DNA of 38,975 nt from an uncultured Gammaproteobacteria bacterium (GCA_964401085.1 CAYNWZ010000001.1:1-38975); one strand, 5' to 3'; positions 1 to 9,381 are shown, numbered from the stretch's first letter. Notes: generated from the letters alone by a model not told the origin. Made by a program: numbers and translations.

Positions 1-9
1 ACTCCAGGC

Positions 10-37
10 AAAAACACGCCAGCAATGGTGTGTTTTT
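10..37. terminator. Bidirectional intrinsic terminator hairpin downstream of tRNA-Ser
   Basis: A-run, then stem cacgcc/ggtgtg (one G-U pair) with a 6-nt loop, then T-run. Read on the minus strand it sits just 3' of the tRNA and is followed by a T-run. Confidence 0.5.
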
Positions 38-44
38 ACGTTCG

Positions 45-131
45 CGGAGGAGAAGGGATTCGAACCCTTGATGCCATTGCTGGCATAGTGCTTTTCGAGA
101 GCACCCGATTCAACCACTCTCGCACTCCTCC
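45..131 (-). tRNA. tRNA-Ser (anticodon CGA), long variable arm
   Basis: The reverse complement reads GGAGGAG..GTGCT CTCGAAA AGCAC..long variable arm TATGCCAGCAATGGCATC..AAGGG TTCGAAT CCCTT..CTCCTCC G. Acceptor, anticodon and T arms all pair. CCA is not encoded. Confidence 0.9.
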
Positions 132-138
132 CAATTAT

Positions 139-876
139 TTAAGCCCTTCTATTCTGGGCTAACTGTTTTAATCTGTCAATCTCGTTTTTGGTCAATTTGC
201 GGCAAGCGCCAATTGGTAATTTACCCAATTCCAAACCGGCTAAAGCGCTCCGTTTCAAATCAACCACCTCATAGCCGGCCGCCTTCATTAGCAAACGAAT
301 CTGCCGCTTTTGCCCTTGCCGTAAAATTATCTCCAGCCGATCACTGGCTAACTGTTCGCCCACCTGAGCTGTGGCTAAAGCCTGATCGTCATAAAGACGA
401 CGGCCTTTGGTCAAAAATTCTTTAAGCTTTTCCAAATCTCGACTAGACAAGCCCGGACGAATAACTACTTCATAGGTTTTTGGATGAGCAAAGCGCGGAT
501 GGGTCAATTTCTCGGTTAAATCGCCATCATTAGTTAACAGAACCAGGCCACGGCTATCTTTATCCAGACGGCCAACGACAAAAAGACGGCCGGAATAATC
601 AATTAATTCAAAAATATTGTGTTCGCCCTTGAAACGGCGATTGGTGCAAGTATAATCGACCGGCTTATTAAGCATAAAATAAACCAACGGCTCGTCTTGA
701 CTAGCAACTGGCCGGCCGTCAACCATAATCACTGTCTGATTAGAACCAATAGTTTGGCCTAATTGGGCTATCTGCCCATCGACCATTACTCGGCCGTCTC
801 TAATCAAGGCTTCGGCTCGGCGCCGCGACCATGGTCCATGGCTAGCTAAATATTTAGTCAACGGCTGGCTAATCAT
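139..876 (-). CDS. RsuA/RluB-family rRNA pseudouridine synthase (S4 domain plus catalytic domain)
   Basis: The 245-aa ORF has an N-terminal S4-like RNA-binding region (SRRRAEALIRDGRVMVDG) and the catalytic motif GRLDKDSRGLVLLTNDG typical of the RsuA/RluB/RluE family. It overlaps the stop of the upstream gene by 8 nt. Confidence 0.85.
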   Translation of the reverse strand: MISQPLTKYLASHGPWSRRRAEALIRDGRVMVDGQIAQLGQTIGSNQTVIMVDGRPVASQDEPLVYFMLNKPVDYTCTNRRFKGEHNIFELIDYSGRLFVVGRLDKDSRGLVLLTNDGDLTEKLTHPRFAHPKTYEVVIRPGLSSRDLEKLKEFLTKGRRLYDDQALATAQVGEQLASDRLEIILRQGQKRQIRLLMKAAGYEVVDLKRSALAGLELGKLPIGACRKLTKNEIDRLKQLAQNRRA

Positions 877-2230
877 GGTCTAACTTATTTTTACTCAAAC
901 CCTCTTTAACCCAGATGGTCATGGCTAAACCCAGCCAGAACAAAACCGCTAAATCATTCTTAAAATAAGGCACATCCACTAAGCCGTGGACAACCGTGGA
1001 CAGCCAAGCGCCCAATAGTCCCCAACTCAACCAGGCTAAATTATTCTGGCGGCGATAGCGCCAAAAATTAAAAAAATTAATCACAACAGCCTTAAACCAC
1101 AACCAGATAAAAATTATTAAGCCAACTAAACCCAATTCACTCCAAAAATTCAAGATAAGATTATGCGGATAAAGATAAATCTCCAATGGTTGCCAGCTTG
1201 GCTTCGCTTTCTTATTAGCTGATTTTATCCAGATTCCTTCATGATGATAAGGCTCAATTGTTTTCTGGTAATTCGCTAATCCGGCTCCAGTCAGCCAACG
1301 ACCGTCACCCAGCATTTGCCAAGTTTCCTGCCATTGCGATTGGCGAATCTGACCGGATAAATCAGCGAGGCGGACTTTCTGCCCAATGATCGCCTGATAA
1401 TCCGGCCGCTGCCAGATTATTAACCCAGCCGCCATTATTACTGCCGCCACAGCTAAACGACTCCAACGATTAGCTAGTAGACCCAGAGCAATCATGGCCG
1501 CCGCTAGACCGATCAGCGCTCCTTCGCTTTTGGCCCAATAAATGGCCAACCAACCGACAATAATACTGCTGGCCAGTAATAGATTGGCCCAATTAAACCA
1601 GTTTTTAACTGTTTTAAGCCGATAAACCAGATAACCCAGCACGGCCAGGATAACTGGCCCGGCAAATAAACCAATGGCGTTAGGATAACCAAAAACCGAG
1701 GTAGCCCGTCTGGTAGCGGCGGCGGCCCAAAACGGATTAGCAATCAGATGGCCGGTTAAATATTGGTAGCCAGCCAATAGACTAATTAACAATAAGCTGC
1801 TGGCCAAAAACAAATAACTGAAACTTATATATTTTGTTCCACGCGGAACATTCCAAAAGAGAATAAAAACTAAGATTGGCTCAATAAAATAGGCCTTCCA
1901 CAAACCCAGAGCGCTAGCGGTTGAGCCACCAATTATCAGCGCCAGCCAAGCCACCAATAACACAACAATCATCTCAATAGTCAATGGGTAGGCTCGCCAA
2001 TTCTTCGCCCGAGAGCGTAAATTAGCCCATGGTTGCGGATATTGTTTAATTAGCCAGACAGCGGTGGTCAGCAATATAAGCTCCTCTAAAACCGTCATCG
2101 GCAGCGGCCCGATTTTAAAACGCAATAGATAGGTCGGCAATAATCCGACTAATAGGCTAACAGTTAGCGGCCAATTGCGCCAAGCTAGTAGTGACCAAAA
2201 AATAGCAACCAATAAGGCGACTAGCCACAT
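869..2230 (-). CDS. O-antigen ligase / Wzy_C-family polytopic membrane protein
   Basis: The 453-aa ORF has about 10-12 hydrophobic helices, a large loop, and the family-type signature H-N-x-x-L-x-x-x-x-E-x-G-x-x-G (YPHNLILNFWSELGLVG). Confidence 0.65.
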   Translation of the reverse strand: MWLVALLVAIFWSLLAWRNWPLTVSLLVGLLPTYLLRFKIGPLPMTVLEELILLTTAVWLIKQYPQPWANLRSRAKNWRAYPLTIEMIVVLLVAWLALIIGGSTASALGLWKAYFIEPILVFILFWNVPRGTKYISFSYLFLASSLLLISLLAGYQYLTGHLIANPFWAAAATRRATSVFGYPNAIGLFAGPVILAVLGYLVYRLKTVKNWFNWANLLLASSIIVGWLAIYWAKSEGALIGLAAAMIALGLLANRWSRLAVAAVIMAAGLIIWQRPDYQAIIGQKVRLADLSGQIRQSQWQETWQMLGDGRWLTGAGLANYQKTIEPYHHEGIWIKSANKKAKPSWQPLEIYLYPHNLILNFWSELGLVGLIIFIWLWFKAVVINFFNFWRYRRQNNLAWLSWGLLGAWLSTVVHGLVDVPYFKNDLAVLFWLGLAMTIWVKEGLSKNKLDHD

Positions 2231-2231
2231 A

Positions 2232-2726
2232 TTATTTATCTAATTGCTGTAAGTTTTTTAATTCCCAAGTGTTATTTAAGGGGTCATAGAGCGCAAAAGT
2301 CGCTGGATAATAAACTCCACCTAGGGTTCCGGGGTTAACTCGCCAAATATTATCGCGTTGCTCTTGCCACGGCTTATGGGTGTGGCCATAAAAGAGAACA
2401 TCAACCGGCCCCTCGGCCAAAACAATGTCTTGATATTCCGGCTCATGACAAATGCCAATCGTTCGTCCTTCAATCTCTAGTTGGCCATAGCGGCCCAAAT
2501 TGTGAAAATCAGGCCGGGCCGGGATAGCGTCTGGAGCATAGCTATCGGCATTACCTTGAACGAAATAGAGTTGGCCTGGCCATAGAGACGCTAACTGCTG
2601 AAAAATGTCGCTATTGGTCAAATCTCCGCAAAAAACCGCCTGCTGGATACCTTGCGATTGGCACCATTTAGCCCAAAGCTGCAAATTAACTAAATTATCG
2701 TGAAGATCACTACAAACTGCCAGCAT
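2232..2726 (-). CDS. YfcE/MJ0936-family metallophosphoesterase
   Basis: The 164-aa ORF carries the calcineurin-like motif series: D-x-H (SDLHDN), GD (FCGDL), GNAD, H (ICHEPE) and GHTH. Confidence 0.8.
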   Translation of the reverse strand: MLAVCSDLHDNLVNLQLWAKWCQSQGIQQAVFCGDLTNSDIFQQLASLWPGQLYFVQGNADSYAPDAIPARPDFHNLGRYGQLEIEGRTIGICHEPEYQDIVLAEGPVDVLFYGHTHKPWQEQRDNIWRVNPGTLGGVYYPATFALYDPLNNTWELKNLQQLDK

Positions 2727-2727
2727 A

Positions 2728-5700
2728 CTAATTGGCCACGCGCCAAATTTCGTCTAGGCTGGTCTCGCCATTGGCGGCTTTCAATAGGCCGTCGTGAGTC
2801 ATTAATAACGCCCCCTGGCTAATGGCTAATTGTTCTATTTCGGCATCGGTGGTCAGTGGCTGTTGAATCAACTTTTGTAATTCCGGGGTCATCACAATAA
2901 CTTCGTAAATACCAACCCGCCCCTTATAGCCAATACCGCGGCATTCCGGACAACCAACTGGGCCATAGAATTGTGGCTGATCAGGTAATTTTAGCTCAGG
3001 TCTAGTTCTTAATAACTGCCAGAATGGCTCAATCTGCGCCTGCATCTCTGGAGAAACGCTAATGGCTTGCTTACATTTAGGACACAACCGCCGCGCTAAA
3101 CGTTGGCCGATAGAACACTCTAGGGCACTGGCTAGCATAGTTCGTTCCACACCTAGACCGGCAAAACGAGCAATAGCGCCGGCCGCGCTATTGGCATGAA
3201 TCGTGGATAACACCAAATGACCGGTTAAACTAGCTTCAATAGCTGTTTTGGCAGTCTCATCGTCGCGGATTTCTCCAACCATAATAATATTCGGGTTCTG
3301 CCGCATTAGCGATCTCAGGGCAGCGGCAAAAGTATAGCCGCCAGCCGTATCAATCTGGGTCTGCATCAAGCCGTCCAAATGATATTCAATCGGATCTTCA
3401 ATGGTAATTATCTTTATTTCTGGATTATTAAGCTGCTTTAACAATGCGTAAAGAGTTGTTGTTTTACCAGAACCGGTCGGACCAGTGGTAATGATAATGC
3501 CCTTGGTTTTATGAATTGATTTTTCAATAGCCGCCAATACAGCATCACGGATACCTAAATCAGCTAAATCCAAGCTGATAGCCTGATTAGACAATAGTCT
3601 AATAACCACTGTCTCGCCATAACCGCCGGTAATTAAAGAAACGCGGCAATCCATCCGTTCGTCCGGCAGATCCATGCCAAAGCGACCGTCAAAAGTCGGC
3701 TGTTTAACACTCAACGACAAACCGACTAAATTCTTAATCTCACCAATCAGCGGCACATAGTGCTCTGAACCCAAAGTCACAATATCGTGCAAAATACCAT
3801 CCAGACGATAACGAATCTTAACCCCGCCCTCAATCGGGTCAATATGGACATCGGCCGCCTTGCTAACAATGGCGCCAGCCATGACAGCGGCCAACATTTC
3901 GCTGGTTGGCTTATTGGCCAATAATTTCTCAGCGCCAACAATGTCTTGGGTCACCTGCTCGCCAAATTGTAGATCTTCCTTAGAAATTTTAAGACCACGG
4001 CCCAGGGTTTGGGAAACGACAATATCATATAATTCATCAATATAATCGGTCTTGCCAATCACCCGCAGCACTTCATCAAATGAGGTTTGGCCATCTAAAA
4101 CTTTTAAGACACCATCCTGCAGCATCGTTACCATACCGTCTTCAATGGCTTGGCGCATAATCTTAAATGATGGCACACCGTCGGCAATTAAACCTTTCAT
4201 CGCTTCGCTCATGGTAAAAATTTCATAGATACCAATCCGCCCTTTATAGCCAAAACCGGAGCATTCTAAACAGCCATCGCCAGCTTCATAAAGCGTCGGT
4301 AATTCTTTGGGCACATCAATATTAGCTTTCGGCGAAATAACCGCTAAAATCTTGTTAATTTGTTGCTTCTCATCTTCACTGAGCTGATGAACGCGGCGGC
4401 AATGCGGACACAATTTGCGCACCAGGCGTTGACCCATAATAGCGTTAATCGCTGGAACTAATTGGTATGGCTGAACCCCCAAATCAACCAGCCGCGGCAA
4501 CACCCCGGCCGCGTCGTTGGTGTGTAAAGTGGAAAAGACTAAATGACCGGTTAAACTGGCCTGAACGGCAATCTCGGCAGTATCTAAATCACGGACCTCA
4601 CCAATCATAACGATATTCGGATCTTGCCGCAAAATTGATTTTAGGCCGTTGGCAAAAGTATAACCGCTTTTTTCATCAACCTGGCTCTGATTAATTCCCT
4701 GAAGCTCATATTCGATTGGATCTTCCAGGGTAATAATCTTAACTCCCGGTTGATTGAGCTTATTCAAAACGGCATAAAGCGTTGTTGTTTTACCAGACCC
4801 CGTTGGCCCAGTGGTTAAAACTAAGCCATTAGGTTTAGCCATTTCGTTTTCCAGGGTCTGCCGAACTTCTGGCCGCATCCCTAAGCTGTCTAGCGGTAAA
4901 ACCGCTGATTTCGGCCGTAATAAGCGCATAACCACACTCTCACCATAGGCGGTTGGCAAAAACGAACTGCGCACTGCCACTTTTTCATCAGGCAAAAAGA
5001 TGTCAAAACGACCATCTTGTGGCTTATTCTCAACGTTTAATTTAACCCGAGCAACAACCTTGAGTCGGGACAATACCTTTTTCCATTGCTGACGAGGAAT
5101 GGTAGCTACCGGCTGCAATAAGCCATCAACCCGCAAGCGAACAATAACCGCCGTTTCTTCGGCTTCAATATGAATATCGCTACTTTCAGCCCGCAAAGCC
5201 GCGGCAATCACTAATGTCAGTATTTGACTGATGTTGGCTTCTTTCAACTTATTGTTCAACAGATTCATCTCACTGAGTTCGGCTTGATAACGAGCCAACT
5301 CTTCCGGGTTAATCTCTACCCCCTCTAAGCGGTTAATCTTCGGTAAAGTATCATAAATCTTGTGAGCATATTCCAAACTGCGCTGAGAAATCAAATACAG
5401 CTTGGCCTTAAGGTGGTGATTGGTCGACAATTCAGCTATCTTGGCCGTTAAAATCTCACTAGGTTGAGTCGTTCCGATACGAATATTATTCTTTTCATAA
5501 TAAAAGCAAACAGCCGCTAAGGCAACAGCATCGTCTTTACTCAACAAACTAATCGCTTCCGGGCTAATTGGAAAATCTAATAAATTGATGTAAGCCAAGC
5601 CTGAAGACTGCGCTTGGGCCGCCACCTGATCTTCAATCGCCTGATAGCGTAAATCGGATTGGCGCTTAGTCAGCTGGGCCGCTGGCGAATCTTTGCTTGC

Positions 5701-5754
5701 CAACACCTTATCATTAAGCAGGTCTTCAATGGAAAGATTGTTATCTTCAACCAT
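2728..5754 (-). CDS. Tandem-duplicated PilB/GspE-family secretion ATPase (two complete ATPase modules in one polypeptide)
   Basis: The 1008-aa ORF repeats every family motif once per module. Walker A: GPTGSGKTTTLYA at aa 316 and aa 758. Asp box: ITLEDPIEY and ITIEDPIEY. Walker B: IVMIGEVRD and IIMVGEIRD. His box: TGHLVFSTLHTND and TGHLVLSTIHANS. Tetracysteine: CPHC..CLEC and CPKC..CPEC. The first ~135 aa look like a T2SSE_N-type N-terminal domain. Confidence 0.9.
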   Translation of the reverse strand: MVEDNNLSIEDLLNDKVLASKDSPAAQLTKRQSDLRYQAIEDQVAAQAQSSGLAYINLLDFPISPEAISLLSKDDAVALAAVCFYYEKNNIRIGTTQPSEILTAKIAELSTNHHLKAKLYLISQRSLEYAHKIYDTLPKINRLEGVEINPEELARYQAELSEMNLLNNKLKEANISQILTLVIAAALRAESSDIHIEAEETAVIVRLRVDGLLQPVATIPRQQWKKVLSRLKVVARVKLNVENKPQDGRFDIFLPDEKVAVRSSFLPTAYGESVVMRLLRPKSAVLPLDSLGMRPEVRQTLENEMAKPNGLVLTTGPTGSGKTTTLYAVLNKLNQPGVKIITLEDPIEYELQGINQSQVDEKSGYTFANGLKSILRQDPNIVMIGEVRDLDTAEIAVQASLTGHLVFSTLHTNDAAGVLPRLVDLGVQPYQLVPAINAIMGQRLVRKLCPHCRRVHQLSEDEKQQINKILAVISPKANIDVPKELPTLYEAGDGCLECSGFGYKGRIGIYEIFTMSEAMKGLIADGVPSFKIMRQAIEDGMVTMLQDGVLKVLDGQTSFDEVLRVIGKTDYIDELYDIVVSQTLGRGLKISKEDLQFGEQVTQDIVGAEKLLANKPTSEMLAAVMAGAIVSKAADVHIDPIEGGVKIRYRLDGILHDIVTLGSEHYVPLIGEIKNLVGLSLSVKQPTFDGRFGMDLPDERMDCRVSLITGGYGETVVIRLLSNQAISLDLADLGIRDAVLAAIEKSIHKTKGIIITTGPTGSGKTTTLYALLKQLNNPEIKIITIEDPIEYHLDGLMQTQIDTAGGYTFAAALRSLMRQNPNIIMVGEIRDDETAKTAIEASLTGHLVLSTIHANSAAGAIARFAGLGVERTMLASALECSIGQRLARRLCPKCKQAISVSPEMQAQIEPFWQLLRTRPELKLPDQPQFYGPVGCPECRGIGYKGRVGIYEVIVMTPELQKLIQQPLTTDAEIEQLAISQGALLMTHDGLLKAANGETSLDEIWRVAN

Positions 5755-5758
5755 AAAT

Positions 5759-7471
5759 TTAATTTATTTGACTGCGGCGTTCTTTAACATAGTTGGTCCA
5801 ATCTTCGGCCATATCGACAAAAAACTTGAATGGCGTTTCAATAATAAAATCTAATAAGAATACAAAAACATTGACTTTATCAAATTTCTCACTCAGCCAC
5901 TTGCCAACTGCCATCACTGGTAAAGTAAAAACATCAAACAAAATCAACCACAAACTCTCTTTGTCTTCAGTAATTCTTAGCTCATTAGTCACCCGCTTGA
6001 TACGAATTATGAAAAAACTGACAAAAACTAAGAAGAACAAGAAAATAATAATACTGATGAGGGTAAAATGCAGAGCGTGCAGCGCCCAGATGATAGCGCT
6101 AAAGGTTATCAAAAAAGTAAAAGAGTAGATAACATTAAAGATCTTCGTCAATATGTTGGCCTTTTTCTGAGATAATCGAACGGCAATCGGTGTTTGACGA
6201 CGATTTTCTTCAAAAGACAGCTCATTAACCAAACCGATTATCTTATCCGTGTTAGATTCGTTGGGTAACTTGGTAATCAACACTGAGAAGAATAAAAGGG
6301 CCGCCGGAAAAGCGGCGTTAATTAGTAGAGCTCCCCAGCTAACCGGCGCGCCGAATATCTTATTGGCTGGAATCTCTAAGGCGATTACCAAAACCGTTTT
6401 GGTTAAAAAGATATAAATAATACTACGAACAGCCGCCCGCCACAATAAACTTTTGGCCCTGGTATAATTTTTCTCACAAACTTTTTTAATCTGCCGCGGA
6501 AAAGCTTTTGGGTCAGTTTTAATACTAGTATAAATACCGACCGGATCGGCTCGTAACACATCTAACAGCACCGAGGTAGAAACGGCGTAGCGCCTAGTTA
6601 GCTTATCTAATGGTCCAGCTAGTGGGTGGTGGAGCTGTTGGTTAATGGCCTGACGAATTTCCTGAATTTTCTTGGCAACAGCCGGCCAGCGGCTGGCCTC
6701 CATTTTTTGCCAATCGGCTAAATAATATTTAAACAAAATAAAGGCCAGCATGTCATTGTCCAGCTTGGCAAAATTACGATTAACCGAAAGATAAATTTGA
6801 ATTGGCAAATCGGCCGATAATTCTGGATGGTTGGCTAGTTCAATATTATCTAATAAATACTGGTACAAATTATTAATGGCTTGATTTAGGGGTTGATCAT
6901 TGCCCAGTCGACTCTCGATTTCGCTGGCAGCCACGGCCAGTAGCCAGGCCACCAACTCATTGCGTTGCGACAACTCTTCTTTAAACTTAACCAAATCCTT
7001 TTTTATTAAGCTGGCCGATCCGGACAATTGACCCAACTGAGCAACAGCAATATCTTTAATAACCAAATACTTCTTAATAATAGCCGCTACCTCATCAATC
7101 AAACTGGTCGGCAAATGATTGTTCGGCAAATAGCCGCCGCGAATCAATTCAGCCAATAGATGCTGGCTGATTTTTTCATGATCATTGTCGGTTATCGTGC
7201 CCTCAATCAATATTTGGCGCCGCAAAATCCGCTCAATCGCCTCTTTGCGCAGCAAATATTCTTCTTTATAGTCAACGGCGTTGCGAATCTTTTCATAAAA
7301 AAAAGACATCCGCGAAATCACGCTGGATACCTTGATTCTTGGCTGATCTCCTTTGGCTCCGCCTGAGCTATGTTGAGCGTGATAAATAGCCTGCAACAAT
7401 TTCTTGGTGCTATCATTAACCGTTAAGACAGCGGCTGGATGTTCGTGAATTTTTGGATTTAACATAAACAA
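5759..7471 (-). CDS. Uncharacterised 570-aa membrane protein (about 340-aa soluble helical N-terminus, about 5-6 C-terminal TM helices)
   Basis: Long ORF ending 4 nt before the ATPase start. Hydrophobic segments cluster from about aa 345 to 540. I recognise no family motif, and it is not PilC/GspF-like. Confidence 0.6.
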   Translation of the reverse strand: MFMLNPKIHEHPAAVLTVNDSTKKLLQAIYHAQHSSGGAKGDQPRIKVSSVISRMSFFYEKIRNAVDYKEEYLLRKEAIERILRRQILIEGTITDNDHEKISQHLLAELIRGGYLPNNHLPTSLIDEVAAIIKKYLVIKDIAVAQLGQLSGSASLIKKDLVKFKEELSQRNELVAWLLAVAASEIESRLGNDQPLNQAINNLYQYLLDNIELANHPELSADLPIQIYLSVNRNFAKLDNDMLAFILFKYYLADWQKMEASRWPAVAKKIQEIRQAINQQLHHPLAGPLDKLTRRYAVSTSVLLDVLRADPVGIYTSIKTDPKAFPRQIKKVCEKNYTRAKSLLWRAAVRSIIYIFLTKTVLVIALEIPANKIFGAPVSWGALLINAAFPAALLFFSVLITKLPNESNTDKIIGLVNELSFEENRRQTPIAVRLSQKKANILTKIFNVIYSFTFLITFSAIIWALHALHFTLISIIIFLFFLVFVSFFIIRIKRVTNELRITEDKESLWLILFDVFTLPVMAVGKWLSEKFDKVNVFVFLLDFIIETPFKFFVDMAEDWTNYVKERRSQIN

Positions 7472-7544
7472 TCTTATACCATTAAGAATAGCGGAAAGAG
7501 CCCTTAAAGTAAAGGCTGAGCTAGGATGATAAAGCTGTTAGCGG

Positions 7545-7618
7545 TGGACCTTAAGGGATTCGAACCCTTGACCTCCTGCATGCAAAGCAGGCGCTCTAGC
7601 CAACTGAGCTAAAGGCCC
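7545..7618 (-). tRNA. tRNA-Ala (anticodon TGC)
   Basis: The reverse complement reads GGGCCTT TA GCTC AGTTGGCTA GAGC G CCTGC TTTGCAT GCAGG AGGTC AAGGG TTCGAAT CCCTT AAGGTCC A, including the G3:U70 Ala identity pair. Confidence 0.9.
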
Positions 7619-7622
7619 AAAA

Positions 7623-7886
7623 CTAAATACTCTTCTGATAGCGGATTAATGGACCAAGCAACCAGCCCATAAAATTACTTATTAAACCAAAGGCGATAGA
7701 AAAACCAATAAAAATAGCAACCAAACCAACCAACAAATAAGCCAAACGAGATCCGCCATAAAGACCAAGTTTTTCTTCAAAAAACTCCATTCGGCCAAAA
7801 TTATTCAGAAACCATTCGCGCTTCATAATAATTAGAGCACCAATCGCCACAATCGCTAGCCCGCCCAAAAAACGTAACAAAAACAT
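7623..7886 (-). CDS. Small membrane protein (87 aa, 2-3 TM), hypothetical
   Basis: ORF packed 3 nt downstream of the M23 peptidase gene. It is strongly hydrophobic with no recognisable motif. Confidence 0.45.
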   Translation of the reverse strand: MFLLRFLGGLAIVAIGALIIMKREWFLNNFGRMEFFEEKLGLYGGSRLAYLLVGLVAIFIGFSIAFGLISNFMGWLLGPLIRYQKSI

Positions 7887-7889
7887 AGT

Positions 7890-9293
7890 TTAACGAATAT
7901 AATTCAAAGGATTATATCTAACCTTACCAGACAAAACCTCAAAGTGCAAATGTGGTCCGGTGGATCGACCGGTCGAACCCATCTCGCCGATAACCTGCCC
8001 CTTAACTACCGTTTGACCGGCACGAACATAGAGTCTAGACAGGTGGCCATAGCGAGTTTTAAGCTTGCCATGATTTAATAAAACAGTATTGCCATAACCA
8101 CCGTTCCAGCCGCTGGCCGCTACCTCCACCTTACCGCCATCAGCGGCATAAATCGGTGTGCCGACTTTATTACCAATATCAACACCATTATGACGCAAAG
8201 AATAATATTGAGTAATCCGATGACCAACCGTTGGCCAAGTCATACCTCCAGTACCCAAATTGGCTTTGACCGTATTTTTAACATTACTGAAAACTTGTTG
8301 GACTTTTGGAGCTAACTTGCTGCTGGCCGCGGCCACTTGGCTAGCGGCTGAGGCTGGCGGCTGCCCACCAGGAATAACTAACGATTGACCAATAATCACC
8401 CGATCACCGGCTAAATTGTTATAGCTAATAATAGCGGCCGCTTCAACCTTATACTGCCGAGCAATCTTAGATAAACTGTCCCCAGGGCGGACTTTATACA
8501 AAACACCACTCACCGGCAAGATAACCAATTTATCACCAGGCCGCAGCATAGCCTTGGCACTTAAATTGTTTTGCCAAGCGATAGTATTAACAGTCACTCC
8601 AAAAGCCTTGGCCACGCCGCTTAAGGTGTCACCAATCTTGACCGTATAATAGGTAATCGTCCGCTGGCTGCCGGCGGCGCCAGTTGCCGGCTGATTATTG
8701 GCCGGCAAGCTAGCCAAGCCCAAACTATAAATCCAACGATCAGTAACCACGCCAACTAGGCCAGTCGAATCTGTATCACCAATCCCTAGAGTGGCTAGTT
8801 TGGCCGAAACCTCTATAGATTGATTTGGCGCCAGCTGATAACCAGCTCGATCGTCAACCACAAAATTATTTAATTGGTTGAACTCACTGCCTACCAACCT
8901 TGATAACCAAGTACCCCTAACCAGGTCTTCCGCAGCGGTCAGTCGACCACTGGCTTGCCAATTACTAAACACAACACCCATAGCCACTAGAGCGATAACC
9001 ACAACCGTTAACCAAAGATTTTGCTGATAATGATTAATTAATCTTCTTTTAACTCGCAAATAGCCACGATACAACCAAACCGCCGGCTGATAAATCACCA
9101 ACCAATTAAAAGCTTTTAAGAAAAGAGAAAACAGCCAAAAACTTATTTTTTTGGCTTTTAATAAAATATTAATCAGCAATATAAGTCCTTTGATGGCCAA
9201 TCCCGCCACTAAACGGACTGGTTGTGGTTTGGCAATATGTTTTTTGGTCTTAATAGCTGGTCTAACTCTAGCATTTTTATTCCCTATCGTCAA
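7890..9293 (-). CDS. LysM-domain M23 family peptidoglycan metalloendopeptidase
   Basis: The 467-aa ORF has an N-terminal TM region, two LysM repeats (YYTVKIGDTLSGVAKAFGV.. and LYKVRPGDSLSKIARQYKV..), and a C-terminal M23 domain with HxxxD (RHNGVD) and HLHFEV motifs. Confidence 0.85.
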   Translation of the reverse strand: MTIGNKNARVRPAIKTKKHIAKPQPVRLVAGLAIKGLILLINILLKAKKISFWLFSLFLKAFNWLVIYQPAVWLYRGYLRVKRRLINHYQQNLWLTVVVIALVAMGVVFSNWQASGRLTAAEDLVRGTWLSRLVGSEFNQLNNFVVDDRAGYQLAPNQSIEVSAKLATLGIGDTDSTGLVGVVTDRWIYSLGLASLPANNQPATGAAGSQRTITYYTVKIGDTLSGVAKAFGVTVNTIAWQNNLSAKAMLRPGDKLVILPVSGVLYKVRPGDSLSKIARQYKVEAAAIISYNNLAGDRVIIGQSLVIPGGQPPASAASQVAAASSKLAPKVQQVFSNVKNTVKANLGTGGMTWPTVGHRITQYYSLRHNGVDIGNKVGTPIYAADGGKVEVAASGWNGGYGNTVLLNHGKLKTRYGHLSRLYVRAGQTVVKGQVIGEMGSTGRSTGPHLHFEVLSGKVRYNPLNYIR

Positions 9294-9339
9294 TTATAGC
9301 CAACAAATATGGGCTAAAAATAATAACCACTGATCGGGC

Positions 9340-9368
9340 TTGTCGGGTGACCGCTTTTTTGTTAGACT
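9340..9368 (+). promoter_or_regulatory. Sigma70-like promoter for tRNA-Cys
   Basis: TTGTCG, 17-nt spacer, TAGACT, ending 13 nt before the tRNA 5' end. It has the same CTTGNCG plus T-rich-spacer architecture as the promoters at 9629 and 9898. Confidence 0.45.
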
Positions 9369-9381
9369 GGTTTTGTTTTCT

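Noticed and set aside
5793-6128. Antisense or alternate-frame ORFs nested in long genes (also 213-425, 1513-1743, 3860-4045, 12219-12434, 19611-20128, 33311-35036, 38179-38376 and others)
   Set aside because: Each lies entirely within a well-supported gene with recognisable family motifs. They have no motifs of their own, and ORFs of this length are to be expected by chance inside long genes.
5759-7471. Calling the 570-aa membrane protein PilC/GspF
   Set aside because: It lacks the duplicated T2SSF-type cytoplasmic domain and three-TM pattern, and it is too long with a different topology. It is kept as uncharacterised.
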